Part shown: positions 16,948-27,768 of the stretch, piece by piece | How positions within the stretch are numbered: position 1 is the stretch's first letter | Layout: each line of letters starts with the position of its first letter | Origin: Candidatus Staskawiczbacteria bacterium | Lineage (GTDB): Bacteria; Patescibacteriota; Minisyncoccia; Minisyncoccales; Staskawiczbacteraceae | Reading direction: 5' to 3' | NCBI GenBank assembly: GCA_023245155.1 | Contig: JAHFKV010000001.1 | Location: 203,034 to 267,033, forward strand | Length of the DNA stretch: 64,000 bases | Translations under genes and position numbers: made by a program | Notes under the pieces: generated by a model | Database searches by the model: none | Told to the model about the DNA's origin: nothing | What the model saw: the letters and a program-made list of their open reading frames with translations, nothing else

Positions 16948-18565
16948 ACAATTGATTGAAAAAGCAGTTGGCACAGATGCGTCGTTTTCGGTTCAAGTGT
17001 CCGCTGATAAAATGCATGGGGATTATGCCACCAATGTGGCTTTGGCTTTGGCAAAAAAAATCGGGAAAAATCCGCGCGAGGTAGCGCAAGATATTGCCGC
17101 CAAAATTGGAAAAAAGAACTTTTTAGAAAAAATAGAAATCGCCGGCCCTGGTTTTATTAATTTTTACTTGTCGAAAGATTACTTTATTGACCAGTTAAAA
17201 AGCATTGATAAGCATTTTGGTTCCAGCGACCATGCCAAAAGATTTAAGGTGATAGTTGAGTATACTGACCCAAATCCCTTTAAGTTGTTTCATGTTGGCC
17301 ATTTGATGAACAACGCCATTGGCGAATCTATTTCAAGGATTATGGAAATGCACGGGGTGAATTTAAAACGCGCAAACTATCAGGGGGACGTGGGCATGCA
17401 TGTGGCCAAGGCCTTATATGGAAAGCTGAAAAACCCCTCGTATTCCTGGCAAGATGCCTATGTTTTTGGTTCAAAAGAGTATGATGAGCATGAACAGGCT
17501 AAAGCAGAGATGGCGCTGTTAAATAAGCAGATTTTTGAAAAGTCAAACAAAAAGGTAAATGCATTATACGCGCAAGGCAGGAAAGAAAGTTTGGCGGCAT
17601 TTGAAAAAATGTATAAAAAGTTGGGCACCAAGTTTGATTATTACTTCTTTGAAAGTGAGGTGGCCGATTTCGGCAAGAAAATCGTTTTAGAAGGGCTAAA
17701 AAAGGGTATTTTTGAAAAAGGTGAGAAGGGGGCAATTGTATTTAAGGGTGAGAAGGTGGCTTTGCATACCCGCGTATTTATTAATTCGGAAGGATTGCCA
17801 ACCTATGAAGCCAAAGAATTGGGATTGGCAAATGTTAAATACAAAAAGTTTAAATATGATCATTCGGTTATCGTTACCGCTAACGAAATTAACGAATATT
17901 TCAAGGTATTGTTAGCAGCTATGGAGCAGGTTTTTCCGGATTTGGCGAAAAAAACTAAGCATATTGGGCATGGGATCTTACGCTTGCCTGAAGGTAAAAT
18001 GTCCTCGCGCACAGGAAAGGTAGTAACCGCCGAATCGCTGATTGAAAAGGTGAAGGCCATAGTAACGCAAAAAGCAGCGGATAAAAAGTTAGATGAAAAA
18101 ACTATTGAAATGATTGCCATCGGCGCTATAAAATATTCTATTTTAAAGCAATCTATTGGTGGCGATATTATTTTTGACCTCGAAAAATCGGTTTCCTTTG
18201 ACGGAGATTCAGGTCCTTACCTGCAATATGCCTATGTGCGAGCAGTTTCTGTTTTAGCAAAAGCAAAGGCAGAAAAAGTTAAGGCTTCGTTTAAAAAACC
18301 GCCAGGGGAAATTGGGCAACTTGAAAAAATGATGGTACGTTTCCCGGAAGTTATAGAAAAAGCCGGCCAAGGATATGAGCCACACCTTATTGTAACCTAT
18401 CTTACTGAATTAGCCCGTGAATTTAATGCTTATTATGCCCACCATAAGATTGTTGATAAGGCTGATGAATTTTCACCATATAAAGTCGCAATAACGGAAG
18501 CTTTCTCAATAATCATGAAAAACGGATTATGGCTGCTTGGGATTCAGGCGCCCGAAAAAATGTAA
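16931..18565 (+). CDS. argS: Arginine--tRNA ligase
   Basis: 544 aa. Class I HVGHL and MSSRTGKV motifs, and the C-terminal DALR anticodon-binding region. Confidence 0.95.
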   Translation: MIDLIKQLIEKAVGTDASFSVQVSADKMHGDYATNVALALAKKIGKNPREVAQDIAAKIGKKNFLEKIEIAGPGFINFYLSKDYFIDQLKSIDKHFGSSDHAKRFKVIVEYTDPNPFKLFHVGHLMNNAIGESISRIMEMHGVNLKRANYQGDVGMHVAKALYGKLKNPSYSWQDAYVFGSKEYDEHEQAKAEMALLNKQIFEKSNKKVNALYAQGRKESLAAFEKMYKKLGTKFDYYFFESEVADFGKKIVLEGLKKGIFEKGEKGAIVFKGEKVALHTRVFINSEGLPTYEAKELGLANVKYKKFKYDHSVIVTANEINEYFKVLLAAMEQVFPDLAKKTKHIGHGILRLPEGKMSSRTGKVVTAESLIEKVKAIVTQKAADKKLDEKTIEMIAIGAIKYSILKQSIGGDIIFDLEKSVSFDGDSGPYLQYAYVRAVSVLAKAKAEKVKASFKKPPGEIGQLEKMMVRFPEVIEKAGQGYEPHLIVTYLTELAREFNAYYAHHKIVDKADEFSPYKVAITEAFSIIMKNGLWLLGIQAPEKM

Positions 18566-18582
18566 GGTATCGATACTCATTT

Positions 18583-19170
18583 ATGAATTTAAATAACAAA
18601 TACTACATTTTGCGGCACGGGGAGGCGGTGAGCAATGTGAAGCACATTTGTTCTTCCTGGCCGGAAAAGTTCAGGAATCCGCTCACCCAACATGGCAAGG
18701 AAATGATTCTGGCCGTGGCGGAAATGTTAAAAGAAAACCATGCCAAACATGGCCATGCCATTGATATGATTTTCTCTTCACCGTTACTGCGGACCAAGCA
18801 AACTGCCGGCATCGTAGCTAAAGAATTGAATGTACCCGTAAAATTTGATAAAAGGTTAAGGGAGGTGGGGTTTGGGGCGTTGAATAATAAGCCCATAACC
18901 CAGATACGTAATTACTTTAAAAACGAGAATGACCGGATTAGTCGGAATTTCCCGCGGGGAGAAACGTATCAGCAAATTGTGGACCGGATGCATGCATTTT
19001 TAAAGGAAATTAACAAAAAATACCGCGGCAAGAATATTTTGATTGTCAGTCACAAAGCGCCCTTGTGGATGTTGGAAAACAAGGTGCAAGGATTTACTCT
19101 GGCGCAAGGTTTGAAAAGAAATCCCGAAGAATTACGAATTGAAAAAGGGCAGATTAAAGAGTTGCATTAA
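18583..19170 (+). CDS. Histidine phosphatase family protein (phosphoglycerate-mutase-like)
   Basis: 195 aa from the internal ATG. RHGEA catalytic motif and a downstream SHKAPL. Confidence 0.8.
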   Translation: MNLNNKYYILRHGEAVSNVKHICSSWPEKFRNPLTQHGKEMILAVAEMLKENHAKHGHAIDMIFSSPLLRTKQTAGIVAKELNVPVKFDKRLREVGFGALNNKPITQIRNYFKNENDRISRNFPRGETYQQIVDRMHAFLKEINKKYRGKNILIVSHKAPLWMLENKVQGFTLAQGLKRNPEELRIEKGQIKELH

Positions 19171-19175
19171 ATAGT

Positions 19176-22016
19176 ATGCCATATAACTTTTCACAAGAAG
19201 AACAAAAAATACTGAAGTTTTGGGAGCAGGATGCAACGTTTGAAAAGTCGCTCAAGCAAACCGAGGGCAAAAAGCCATTCGTATTTTATGATGGCCCACC
19301 CTTTGCTACGGGGCTTCCACACTATGGGCACATTTTAGGATCTGTAGCCAAAGATGTGTTTCCGCGCTATAAAACCATGCAGGGTTTTTATGTACGCCGG
19401 CGCTGGGGTTGGGATTGTCATGGCATGCCCATCGAAAATTTAGTGGAAAAAGAAATCGGGGTGAGTGGCAAGAAAGACATCGAAGCCAAATTCGGGGTTG
19501 CAAAATTTAATGCCGCCTGCAGATCAAAAGTGCAAATGTATGTGGCCGAATGGAAGAAAATGGTGGAACGGATTGCCCGCTGGGTTGATTTTGATAATTC
19601 TTATAAGACAATGGATTCCACATATATGGAATCTGTCTGGTGGGCATTAAAAACTTTATGGGATAAGGGTTTGGTGTATGAGGGGCGAAAGGTTTTGCCC
19701 TATTGTTTGCATTGTGAAACCCCGGTTTCCAAGGCAGAAATTGCCATGGATAATAGTTACAAAAACATTACCGAGCTGACCGTTACGGTAAAGTTCAAGT
19801 TAAAAAATGAGCCGAATACATATTTGTTAGCTTGGACCACTACTCCCTGGACCATGCCAGCTCATACTTTTATTAATGTTGGGCCAGATATTGAATATGT
19901 AAAAGTGAAATGGCAAGGAGATTTTTACATTGTCGCAAAACTGGCGTTGGAAAAAAACTTTGCCGGCAAGGAATATACAGTAGTAGAAAATTTGACGGGG
20001 AAAGATTTAGCGGGCTTGGAATATGAACCTCCGTTTGATTATTTTAAAGGCTGGAAGAATGCCCACAAAGTATATTTGTCTGAGAAGGTGAATCCAGCCG
20101 AGGGCACGGGTTTGGTACACATGGTACCGCCGTTCGGAGACCAGGAAGAAATGGATTTTATGAAAGAAAAAGGTATTGAGCCTATTATCCACGTAAAGCC
20201 TGATGGCACGTTCACCGATGACGTCCGCGATTGGGCGGGCAAAAAAATCAAAACCCAAGTAGAAGGCATTAAAGACGCTTTGCAGGCACGGGGGGTATTA
20301 TTTAGTGCTGAAAATTACACCCATAGCTATCCTCATTGCTGGCGGTGCGAGAATCCGGTTATTTACTATGCTATCTCGGCCTGGTTTATCAACATCCAAA
20401 AACATAAAAAGAAACTGGAAAAGTTGAATAAAAAGATTAACTGGTATCCAGAACACTTAAAAGAAGGCAGGTTTTTGCATATTTTAGAAGATGCTCCCGA
20501 TTGGAATATTTCGCGCAACCGTTTTTGGGCAACGCCCTTGCCGTTTTTTGTCTGCGAATGTGGCCACCAAGAATGTATCGGATCGGTAAAGGAGCTGAAA
20601 GAAAAGGCAGTTAATTTCTCAGAAGTCTACCATTCAGATAGCGTGCAGGATCTGGATTTACACAAAGATAAGATGGATCAGATTCGATTGAAATGCCCAA
20701 TGTGTAAAAAAGAAATGTCCCGTGTGCCAGAAGTGATTGATTGTTGGGTGGAATCGGCCAGCATGCCGTTTGCCGAATTGCATTACCCATTTGAAAACAA
20801 GTCATTATTCAGCAAGCGTTTCCCTGGTCAATACATTGCTGAATATATCGCCCAAACCCGCACGTGGTTCTATTATATGCATGTGCTGGGAGTCTTATTG
20901 TTTGACAGCGAAGCATTTCAAAACGTGGTGACCACAGGTACCGTTCTCAATGAAAAAGGGGAAAAAATGTCAAAGTCAAAAAGGAACTTTCCTGATCCCT
21001 GGGAAATCATCAATCAGTATGGGGTGGATTCTCTGCGATTTTATCTAATGTCCACTCCTGTCATGGCTGCTGAAGATCTGTTTTTCAATGAAAAAGAAGT
21101 GAAAGAAGCCCATAACAGGGTAATGAACACCCTACTGAATGTGGTTGAGTTTTATCAAACCTATGCCGCTAAAAATGCAGATGAAAAAGAACGTAAGCAA
21201 AAAAACATTTTAGATGCATGGATTTTGAGTAAGTTGAATAACTCCATTCAAAATATTACTAACGAAATGGAAGTGTATAACACGGTACGGGCTTGCCGCT
21301 TAATCAGGGAGTTTGTTGAGGATTTGTCGCTTTGGTATGTGCGCAGGTCCCGTAGCCGCTATAAAGATGAAACCGAAGATAAACAGGAGGCTTCGGCAAC
21401 CTTACGGCATGTGCTATTAACATTTTCAAAAATCATTGCCCCGATTTTACCGTTTACCGCAGAAATGGTTTTTGCGAAAGTCAAAAATGTAACAGGCGTA
21501 GAATCGGTGCATTTGGAGGCATGGCCAACGTTTACCAAAAAACATATCGATAAAGATTTAGAAAAAAACATGGATGAAGTCCGAGCCGTGGTAGCCTCGG
21601 CGTTAGCTGAACGAAATGCCGTAGCGATAAAAGTGCGGCAACCACTCGCTTCGCTTAAAATAAAAGATCAAACATTAAACGGTACTGATACCAGACTTTT
21701 AGATTTAATTAAAGACGAAGTGAATGTGAAGGAAGTTCTGTTTGATGGTACAATAGAAGGCGGGGTCGAGTTAGATTTGACGCTTACGCAGGAATTAAAA
21801 GATGAGGGGATGTTGCGCGACTTAGTTCGTGACGTGCAGGGTCAACGCAAAGAGGCTGGACTGAAGCCTGATGATAAAATCTCTGTGGAAATTTCGGGCG
21901 CCGCGGATTTGGTACAAGTTATAGAAAAAAATAAAGAGGGGTTGCTCAAAGAAATGCGGGCGGTTGAAATGAGCACCCAGGTTGGTGAAAAAACCATTGT
22001 AATTAAAAAAGTATAA
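19176..22016 (+). CDS. ileS: Isoleucine--tRNA ligase
   Basis: 946 aa. PHYGH (HIGH) and KMSKS motifs, and an editing-domain insertion. Confidence 0.95.
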   Translation: MPYNFSQEEQKILKFWEQDATFEKSLKQTEGKKPFVFYDGPPFATGLPHYGHILGSVAKDVFPRYKTMQGFYVRRRWGWDCHGMPIENLVEKEIGVSGKKDIEAKFGVAKFNAACRSKVQMYVAEWKKMVERIARWVDFDNSYKTMDSTYMESVWWALKTLWDKGLVYEGRKVLPYCLHCETPVSKAEIAMDNSYKNITELTVTVKFKLKNEPNTYLLAWTTTPWTMPAHTFINVGPDIEYVKVKWQGDFYIVAKLALEKNFAGKEYTVVENLTGKDLAGLEYEPPFDYFKGWKNAHKVYLSEKVNPAEGTGLVHMVPPFGDQEEMDFMKEKGIEPIIHVKPDGTFTDDVRDWAGKKIKTQVEGIKDALQARGVLFSAENYTHSYPHCWRCENPVIYYAISAWFINIQKHKKKLEKLNKKINWYPEHLKEGRFLHILEDAPDWNISRNRFWATPLPFFVCECGHQECIGSVKELKEKAVNFSEVYHSDSVQDLDLHKDKMDQIRLKCPMCKKEMSRVPEVIDCWVESASMPFAELHYPFENKSLFSKRFPGQYIAEYIAQTRTWFYYMHVLGVLLFDSEAFQNVVTTGTVLNEKGEKMSKSKRNFPDPWEIINQYGVDSLRFYLMSTPVMAAEDLFFNEKEVKEAHNRVMNTLLNVVEFYQTYAAKNADEKERKQKNILDAWILSKLNNSIQNITNEMEVYNTVRACRLIREFVEDLSLWYVRRSRSRYKDETEDKQEASATLRHVLLTFSKIIAPILPFTAEMVFAKVKNVTGVESVHLEAWPTFTKKHIDKDLEKNMDEVRAVVASALAERNAVAIKVRQPLASLKIKDQTLNGTDTRLLDLIKDEVNVKEVLFDGTIEGGVELDLTLTQELKDEGMLRDLVRDVQGQRKEAGLKPDDKISVEISGAADLVQVIEKNKEGLLKEMRAVEMSTQVGEKTIVIKKV

Positions 22017-22017
22017 T

Positions 22018-22494
22018 ATGCCACAATCATTTAATAATCCATTGCCAGAGCCCTTGTCTGAACGCCAGGAATCAGCCCGCCAAGAGCATCATAATCCATA
22101 TCCGTCAAAGAGTAGCTTTCTTAAGAGTATGGCTAAAGATGTCATTATGGGGCCCGAACACCTGCCGGAAAAATCAACCGATCCCGATAAAAAAGAAGTG
22201 GCTATGAATATAAAAACAAAAAAAGAACCTGTCGACAAAGAAAAAGAAGTGGAGTCTATTGATAAGATTTCCCGCCAAAAGCTGATAAGGGAGTTTAAAA
22301 AGGCGTATGAAGTAACCGATATGAGGGAAGCAGAAAGGGAAAAGTTAGGCAAAGAGTTACCTGCTAAAAGCCGCATAGATGTAAAAGTAAAGGATCTCGA
22401 AAAGTTTACCGAAAAAATCAAATATAAGGATGACCCCGAACTCAAAAGGAAAAAAAGGTTTATTGATAAAATGAAAGCAAAGTTATTTAAGTAA
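22018..22494 (+). CDS. Hypothetical Lys/Glu-rich protein
   Basis: 158-aa ORF tightly coupled to ileS and recO. No family recognised. Confidence 0.45.
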   Translation: MPQSFNNPLPEPLSERQESARQEHHNPYPSKSSFLKSMAKDVIMGPEHLPEKSTDPDKKEVAMNIKTKKEPVDKEKEVESIDKISRQKLIREFKKAYEVTDMREAEREKLGKELPAKSRIDVKVKDLEKFTEKIKYKDDPELKRKKRFIDKMKAKLFK

Positions 22495-23108
22495 TGGCTG
22501 TAAAGTATGCCACCGAGGCGTTCGTGTTTAATAAAGAAAACAACATGGAAGCTGACCGGATATTTTCTGTGTTCACCAAAGAATTCGGCCGGCTGGAGGT
22601 TTCCGGCAAAGCCATCCGCAAGATTGATTCAAAACTGCGCGGAGGAATAGATCTTTTTTCTTTTTGCGAGATTGAATTTATCCAGGGTAAGAGTAAAAAA
22701 ACGTTGACTGATGTCTTCCCCCGTCAACGTTTTGTGCATATTGCGCAGGACCCGGAAAAATATGCGATTGCTCGGCGCATATGCCAATTGGTTCAAGCTT
22801 GCATTCATGGCCAAGAAAAAGATGAACGCATTTTAGATTTATTGGTGGACGTGTTTTCCAAGCTGAATGCAGGCAAAGCCCGAAAGTTGATATACTACTA
22901 TTTTTTTTGGAATTTCATTGCTTTATTAGGCTATGAGCCGGAAATAAAAAGCATGGAAATCTCAGAAGAAGTGGCAATCGTATTAGCATTAATCATGAAA
23001 AAGGATTGGGTTGCTTTAGATGCATTAATCATTTCGGTTGCTACCCAAAAAGTTTTCCAAGAAGTTTCAGAAAAATATTATTCCCGTGTTATGGAGTCGC
23101 ATGCTTAA
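22494..23108 (+). CDS. recO: DNA repair protein RecO
   Basis: 204 aa. N-terminal OB-fold pattern (EAFVFNKEN..EADRIFSVFTKEFGRLEVSGKAIRK..SKLRGG.DLF). Confidence 0.85.
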   Translation: MAVKYATEAFVFNKENNMEADRIFSVFTKEFGRLEVSGKAIRKIDSKLRGGIDLFSFCEIEFIQGKSKKTLTDVFPRQRFVHIAQDPEKYAIARRICQLVQACIHGQEKDERILDLLVDVFSKLNAGKARKLIYYYFFWNFIALLGYEPEIKSMEISEEVAIVLALIMKKDWVALDALIISVATQKVFQEVSEKYYSRVMESHA

Positions 23109-24387
23109 AAAACTGATTCAAAATAATTTTTTTATTTTCTTTGCCTGTTTGGCAGTTTTATTATTAGGTTTTTTTGGTTTTTGGCATTACCGGGATGCGG
23201 TATTTTCAGGAGAAGTTTTACAGCTCACTATTTCTGCGCCGAGCACCGCAGCCATGGGGAATGAAATTACGTATACGGTAACCTATAAAAATAACGGGAA
23301 CTTTGTTTTAGAAGAGCCAAAACTGGTTTTTGAATTACCGGACAACTCTTTAACTGAAGATTCAAAAACCAGGATTGAGAAAAACATAAAAAATATTTAT
23401 CCGGGCGAAGAAGGTTTTGTTATTTTCAAAACCAGGTTATTGGGCAAGGAAGGGGATATCAAAACTGCCCAAGCTTCGCTTTCCTACATGCCCCATAATT
23501 TATCTGCCCGGTATGAATCCAATGCTTCAGCTACCACAACCGTTGCAACGGTTGACATGAATTTAACGTTTGATTTACCTGCAACCTTACAGCAAAAACA
23601 GCAACTGGTGTATTCCATTAATTATCTTTCCAACATTGATTATCCGCTGGAAAATTTGAGCATTAAGGTGGATCCGGTGCCCGGGCTTACCATTACTTCT
23701 GCCGATCCAGCTTCGTTAGATAACGCTGAATGGAAGTTGGATATTTTGCAAAAAGGCCAAGGCGGCACCCTGAAAATTATAGGTATGATCGCACCCGATG
23801 CTCCCACTCCCATGGTGTTTTCTGCGCGCCTAGGCATGCGGGTGAACGGCATGTTTGTGGTAGTAAAAAGCGTAATCCAAAATGTGCAGGTTCCCCAATC
23901 ACAAACTTCCATTTCTGAACCAATCAGCCAAAAAGTCTACTACACAAGCCAGAATGGTATTGATAACATTGGCCCTATTCCACCAAACGTGGGCAGTACA
24001 ACTACCTACGCAGTGGTTTGGCAAGTTGCGAATAATTCCCGTGCTGTTAAGAATGTAGCCATACAAGCTGTGTTACCCGCGGGCGTTTCACTGAATGATA
24101 ATGTGTTTCCTGAAGACCAGGGTGCAAGGCTTTCTTTTGATAATGCCAGCCGGAAAGTCACGTGGCTGGCGGGAGATTTAGCTCCGGGGGCATCGCCTTT
24201 GCTAACATTCCAAATTGCGTTGACCTCAGACGCTTCTATGCAAGGCAAACTAGCGCCGTTAATCGGCCAAGCCGTAGTTTCCGGCCAAGACCAGACCACC
24301 GGAATGCCTTTGACGGGCAGCGCCCCTGCGGTAGATAGCAGCCTACCTGATGATGTTGCAAATTCAGGCAAAGGGATAGTGCAATAA
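23101..24387 (+). CDS. Membrane-anchored surface protein with DUF11/CARDB-like repeats
   Basis: 428 aa from the internal ATG. N-terminal TM helix. Repeated G.EITYTVTYKNNGN-type motif. Confidence 0.55.
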   Translation: MLKKLIQNNFFIFFACLAVLLLGFFGFWHYRDAVFSGEVLQLTISAPSTAAMGNEITYTVTYKNNGNFVLEEPKLVFELPDNSLTEDSKTRIEKNIKNIYPGEEGFVIFKTRLLGKEGDIKTAQASLSYMPHNLSARYESNASATTTVATVDMNLTFDLPATLQQKQQLVYSINYLSNIDYPLENLSIKVDPVPGLTITSADPASLDNAEWKLDILQKGQGGTLKIIGMIAPDAPTPMVFSARLGMRVNGMFVVVKSVIQNVQVPQSQTSISEPISQKVYYTSQNGIDNIGPIPPNVGSTTTYAVVWQVANNSRAVKNVAIQAVLPAGVSLNDNVFPEDQGARLSFDNASRKVTWLAGDLAPGASPLLTFQIALTSDASMQGKLAPLIGQAVVSGQDQTTGMPLTGSAPAVDSSLPDDVANSGKGIVQ

Positions 24388-24470
24388 TGGAAAATCTGAT
24401 AGTATAAAGCAACATGAAAAAAGCCACCGCCACTGACGGGGTCCCGTCCGAAAGCGGGAAAAATAATCTC

Positions 24471-25763
24471 ATGGAAAAAATAATTTCGCTTTGCAAACGG
24501 CGAGGTTTTGTGTTTCCGGGCAGCGAAATTTATGGGGGAATTACCGGAATGTGGGATTTTGGCCCGGCTGGCGTTTTGTTGCGCAAAAACTTGAAAGACC
24601 TGTGGTGGAAAGATTTGGTGCAAATGCGAGATGATATGGTTGCGGTTGACGCGGCAATTATTATGAACCCAAAAGCTTGGGAGGCTTCCGGCCACACCGC
24701 TTCATTTTCTGATCCTTTGGTTGAGTGTAAAATTTGTCACTTAAGATTTCGGCATGATAAAGCTGAAGAAATTTCAGCTCACGAAAAAACCCACAAGGGC
24801 AAGAAAGTGGAATGGACCGAGCCTCAACAATTTAATTTATTGGTAAAAACCTATTTGGGAATTATTGAGGGCAAACAACAAGAAGTTTTTTTGCGCGGTG
24901 AAATTACCAATGGCGTGCAGGTTAATTTTAAAAATGTGATGGATTCAACGCGCGTCAAAATCCCTTTTGGTATTGCCCAAATCGGTAAAGCTTTTAGAAA
25001 TGAAATTACGCCCGGTGGATTTATTTTTCGAGATCGAGAATTTGAACAAATGGAAACCCAATTTTTTATCAAACCTGATAAACAAGAAGGAGAAAAATGG
25101 TTTGAGTATTGGAAACAAAACCGGATGGATTTTGTGGTGTCGCTTGGAATGAGGAAAGAAAAATTGAGATTTAAAGACCATGAAAAGTTGGCTCACTATG
25201 CTAAAGCCGCAACCGATATTGAGTATGAATTTCCTTGGGGTTTTGACGAAATCATGGGAATTCACAACCGAGCTGATTGGGATTTATCTCGCCATCAAGA
25301 ATATTCCGGTAAAAAAATGGGGGTTTTGGATTCTGAGACGAATGAAATTTTCATTCCGTGGGATATTGAAACTTCAGCCGGAGTTGATAGGCAAATGTTG
25401 GCTTTGTTACTGGATGCTTACCGTGAAGAGGGCGAGCGAATTTGGCTTTCGCTGTCTCCCAAACTGGCTCCCTATAAAGTTGCCGTGTTTCCGCTTTTGG
25501 GGAATAAACCCGAACTTATTGATAAAGCCAAGGCGATTTATAACGATTTAAAGCAAGATTATATGGTGGCCTGGGACGACAGGGGCAATATTGGAAAGCG
25601 CTATGCTGCCCAAGACGAAATTGGCACCCCATTTTGCATCACCGTAGATTTTGAAACTTTAGAGAAGGATGACAGTGTAACCGTGCGCGATCGGGATTCC
25701 ATGAAGCAGGAGAGGGTGAAAGTCTCTAAGTTGAAAGAGTATATAAAAGAAAGATTACAATAA
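24471..25763 (+). CDS. glyQS: Glycine--tRNA ligase (class II, GlyQS type)
   Basis: 430 aa from the internal ATG. MEKIISLCKRRGFVFPGSEIYGG, FRNEITPG, and a C-terminal anticodon-binding domain. Confidence 0.92.
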   Translation: MEKIISLCKRRGFVFPGSEIYGGITGMWDFGPAGVLLRKNLKDLWWKDLVQMRDDMVAVDAAIIMNPKAWEASGHTASFSDPLVECKICHLRFRHDKAEEISAHEKTHKGKKVEWTEPQQFNLLVKTYLGIIEGKQQEVFLRGEITNGVQVNFKNVMDSTRVKIPFGIAQIGKAFRNEITPGGFIFRDREFEQMETQFFIKPDKQEGEKWFEYWKQNRMDFVVSLGMRKEKLRFKDHEKLAHYAKAATDIEYEFPWGFDEIMGIHNRADWDLSRHQEYSGKKMGVLDSETNEIFIPWDIETSAGVDRQMLALLLDAYREEGERIWLSLSPKLAPYKVAVFPLLGNKPELIDKAKAIYNDLKQDYMVAWDDRGNIGKRYAAQDEIGTPFCITVDFETLEKDDSVTVRDRDSMKQERVKVSKLKEYIKERLQ

Positions 25764-26470
25764 TGGAGAAATATTCAAAGGAAAAAGTTTTTCAATATTT
25801 GGAACATTATAAAACACTGCCAAGTGGATGTTTGTTATACCAAATCACTCAAAACGGTAAAATTTTTGTTACGGGCAATGGTTCAATAAACGAAGTGTCT
25901 AAAGATAGTCCCGACTATCAAGATAAGCTGCATTTGTTTGTAAATCCCGGGAACCAAGCCTATTATTTACTTGGAAATCCAGATACCAATGAAAAAACCC
26001 CAAATAATGCAACGGTAAAAATGGGGATTACTGATTCGCACCACCATTTTACTCCTCATGCCCATGGCTCTCAGCATTATGTAAAATCAGAGGGATTTAG
26101 CGGTTGTCTCCTTTATAACCACGATAAAAAGATTGCATTCGCAATAAAATTAATACCAGGCTCATTGATTTATATCCCCGAATGGATTCCCCATGCCTTT
26201 TATAATCGTTCTGATATTCCCCTTATTACTTTAATTGCAAATGGTGGATTGGGTCTACATGATGAAAATTATGCAGTTACCAAAGAGATTGCAGAAAAAA
26301 GACTAAAAGAGATGAGTGGTAATGGAGATAAAGGTTTAGAAGAATTAGTAAAGGTGCTTGGCTCTATCGAAGAATTTTTTGATAAAACACAGCCACAGAA
26401 AGATATTGATACTCGTGAGAAAATATCAAAAAAACTTTATAAAGTTGCAGAATACTTTAGCATGCATTAG
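25763..26470 (+). CDS. Cupin-domain protein
   Basis: 235 aa. HHHFTPHAHGSQHY...IPEWIPHAFYN, cupin metal-site-like motifs. Confidence 0.55.
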   Translation: MEKYSKEKVFQYLEHYKTLPSGCLLYQITQNGKIFVTGNGSINEVSKDSPDYQDKLHLFVNPGNQAYYLLGNPDTNEKTPNNATVKMGITDSHHHFTPHAHGSQHYVKSEGFSGCLLYNHDKKIAFAIKLIPGSLIYIPEWIPHAFYNRSDIPLITLIANGGLGLHDENYAVTKEIAEKRLKEMSGNGDKGLEELVKVLGSIEEFFDKTQPQKDIDTREKISKKLYKVAEYFSMH

Positions 26471-26495
26471 GCAATGAGTTTATAAGAATAAAAAT

Positions 26496-27767
26496 ATGTT
26501 CAAAAAATCTGCCTTAAAAAATGGCTTGCGCATTCTGACGGTGCCGATGAAAAATGCTAACAGTGTGACGGTTTTGCTGTTGGTTGGCACGGGCTCAAAG
26601 TATGAAACTAAAGACATTAACGGCATCTCGCACTTTTTAGAGCACATGTTTTTTAAGGGAACGCAAAAACGACCAAATACGTTAGCCATTTCCGAAACGT
26701 TAGATAAAATTGGTGGTCAGTATAATGCTTTTACTTCCAAAGAGGTGACGGGCTTTTGGGCCAAAGTAGATAAAAAGCATACCGATGTGGCTTTAGATTG
26801 GATCTCGGACATTTTCTTAAATTCTAAATTTGATGCCGAAGAATTGGAACGCGAAAAAGGCGTGGTGACCGAAGAATTAAACATGTATTTGGATACGCCG
26901 ACCAGTTATGTTTCCGAATTATTTGAGGAATTGTTGTACGGCGACACGCCGGCAGGCTGGAGGATTGTGGGGGAAAAAGAAACTATTGCCGCTTATAATC
27001 GTGAAAAATTAATGGATTATTTTCAGAGCCATTATTCAAACGACAACACCGTTTTGTGCGTGGCAGGGGATATTGACCAAGCTGACATTGAAAAAAAGCT
27101 CGCAGAATATTTTGCTGATATCCAGATTAGAAAAGCGGCTGAAAAATTGCCAGTCAAAGAATCACAATCAAAACCGGGTATCTTTTTGCACTACAAAAAA
27201 ACTGACCAGACGCATTTTTGTTTGGGTGTGCGAGCCTATGACATGTATGATAAACGGCGCTTTGCCCTGCAGCTGATTTCGGTTGTACTGGGCGGGAACA
27301 TGAGTTCGCGTTTGTTTATTTCCGTACGCGAGAGAAATGGCTTGGGCTATTACATTCACACTAGTGTTGACTCCGCTACCGATACGGGATATTTAGTGAC
27401 GCAGTCAGGAATTAAAAACGATAGTTTGGAAAAAGCCATTGGATTAGTTTTGAAAGAATACAAAGATATCCGGGATAATGGTGTTTCGCCTGATGAACTG
27501 CAAAAAGCCAAAGATTTTGTTCGGGGCAGTGCATCGCTTTCATTAGATTCTTCAGATGCCCTGGCTTCATTTTACACTACCCAAGAAGTGATGCGCCAAG
27601 AAGTCATGACTCCCGAGCAAAAGTTAGAAATGATTGATAACGTTACGGCCGATGATATAAAGAAGGTAGCCAAGGATATTTTTGTAAATGCCAAGTTGAA
27701 TCTATCGGTCATCGGGCCGTTTGAGGAGAAGGAAAAGGAAAAACTTGAGAAGTTATTAAGCTTATAA
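26496..27767 (+). CDS. M16 family zinc peptidase (pitrilysin-like)
   Basis: 423 aa. Inverted zinc motif HFLEHMFFKG and a downstream E. Confidence 0.9.
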   Translation: MFKKSALKNGLRILTVPMKNANSVTVLLLVGTGSKYETKDINGISHFLEHMFFKGTQKRPNTLAISETLDKIGGQYNAFTSKEVTGFWAKVDKKHTDVALDWISDIFLNSKFDAEELEREKGVVTEELNMYLDTPTSYVSELFEELLYGDTPAGWRIVGEKETIAAYNREKLMDYFQSHYSNDNTVLCVAGDIDQADIEKKLAEYFADIQIRKAAEKLPVKESQSKPGIFLHYKKTDQTHFCLGVRAYDMYDKRRFALQLISVVLGGNMSSRLFISVRERNGLGYYIHTSVDSATDTGYLVTQSGIKNDSLEKAIGLVLKEYKDIRDNGVSPDELQKAKDFVRGSASLSLDSSDALASFYTTQEVMRQEVMTPEQKLEMIDNVTADDIKKVAKDIFVNAKLNLSVIGPFEEKEKEKLEKLLSL

Positions 27768-27768
27768 C

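Noticed and set aside
24388-24470. A T-box or riboswitch leader upstream of aminoacyl-tRNA synthetase genes (glyQS, ileS, leuS, metG, hisS, argS).
   Set aside because: The upstream gaps are 0-85 nt, far too short for a T-box (about 200 nt or more). Only a small hairpin (GACGGG..CCCGTC) is present before glyQS.
24006-24695. A 229-aa minus-strand ORF across the DUF11 protein / glyQS junction.
   Set aside because: It is antisense to two supported genes. It arises in a locally GC-richer stretch where stop codons are rare. No family signal.
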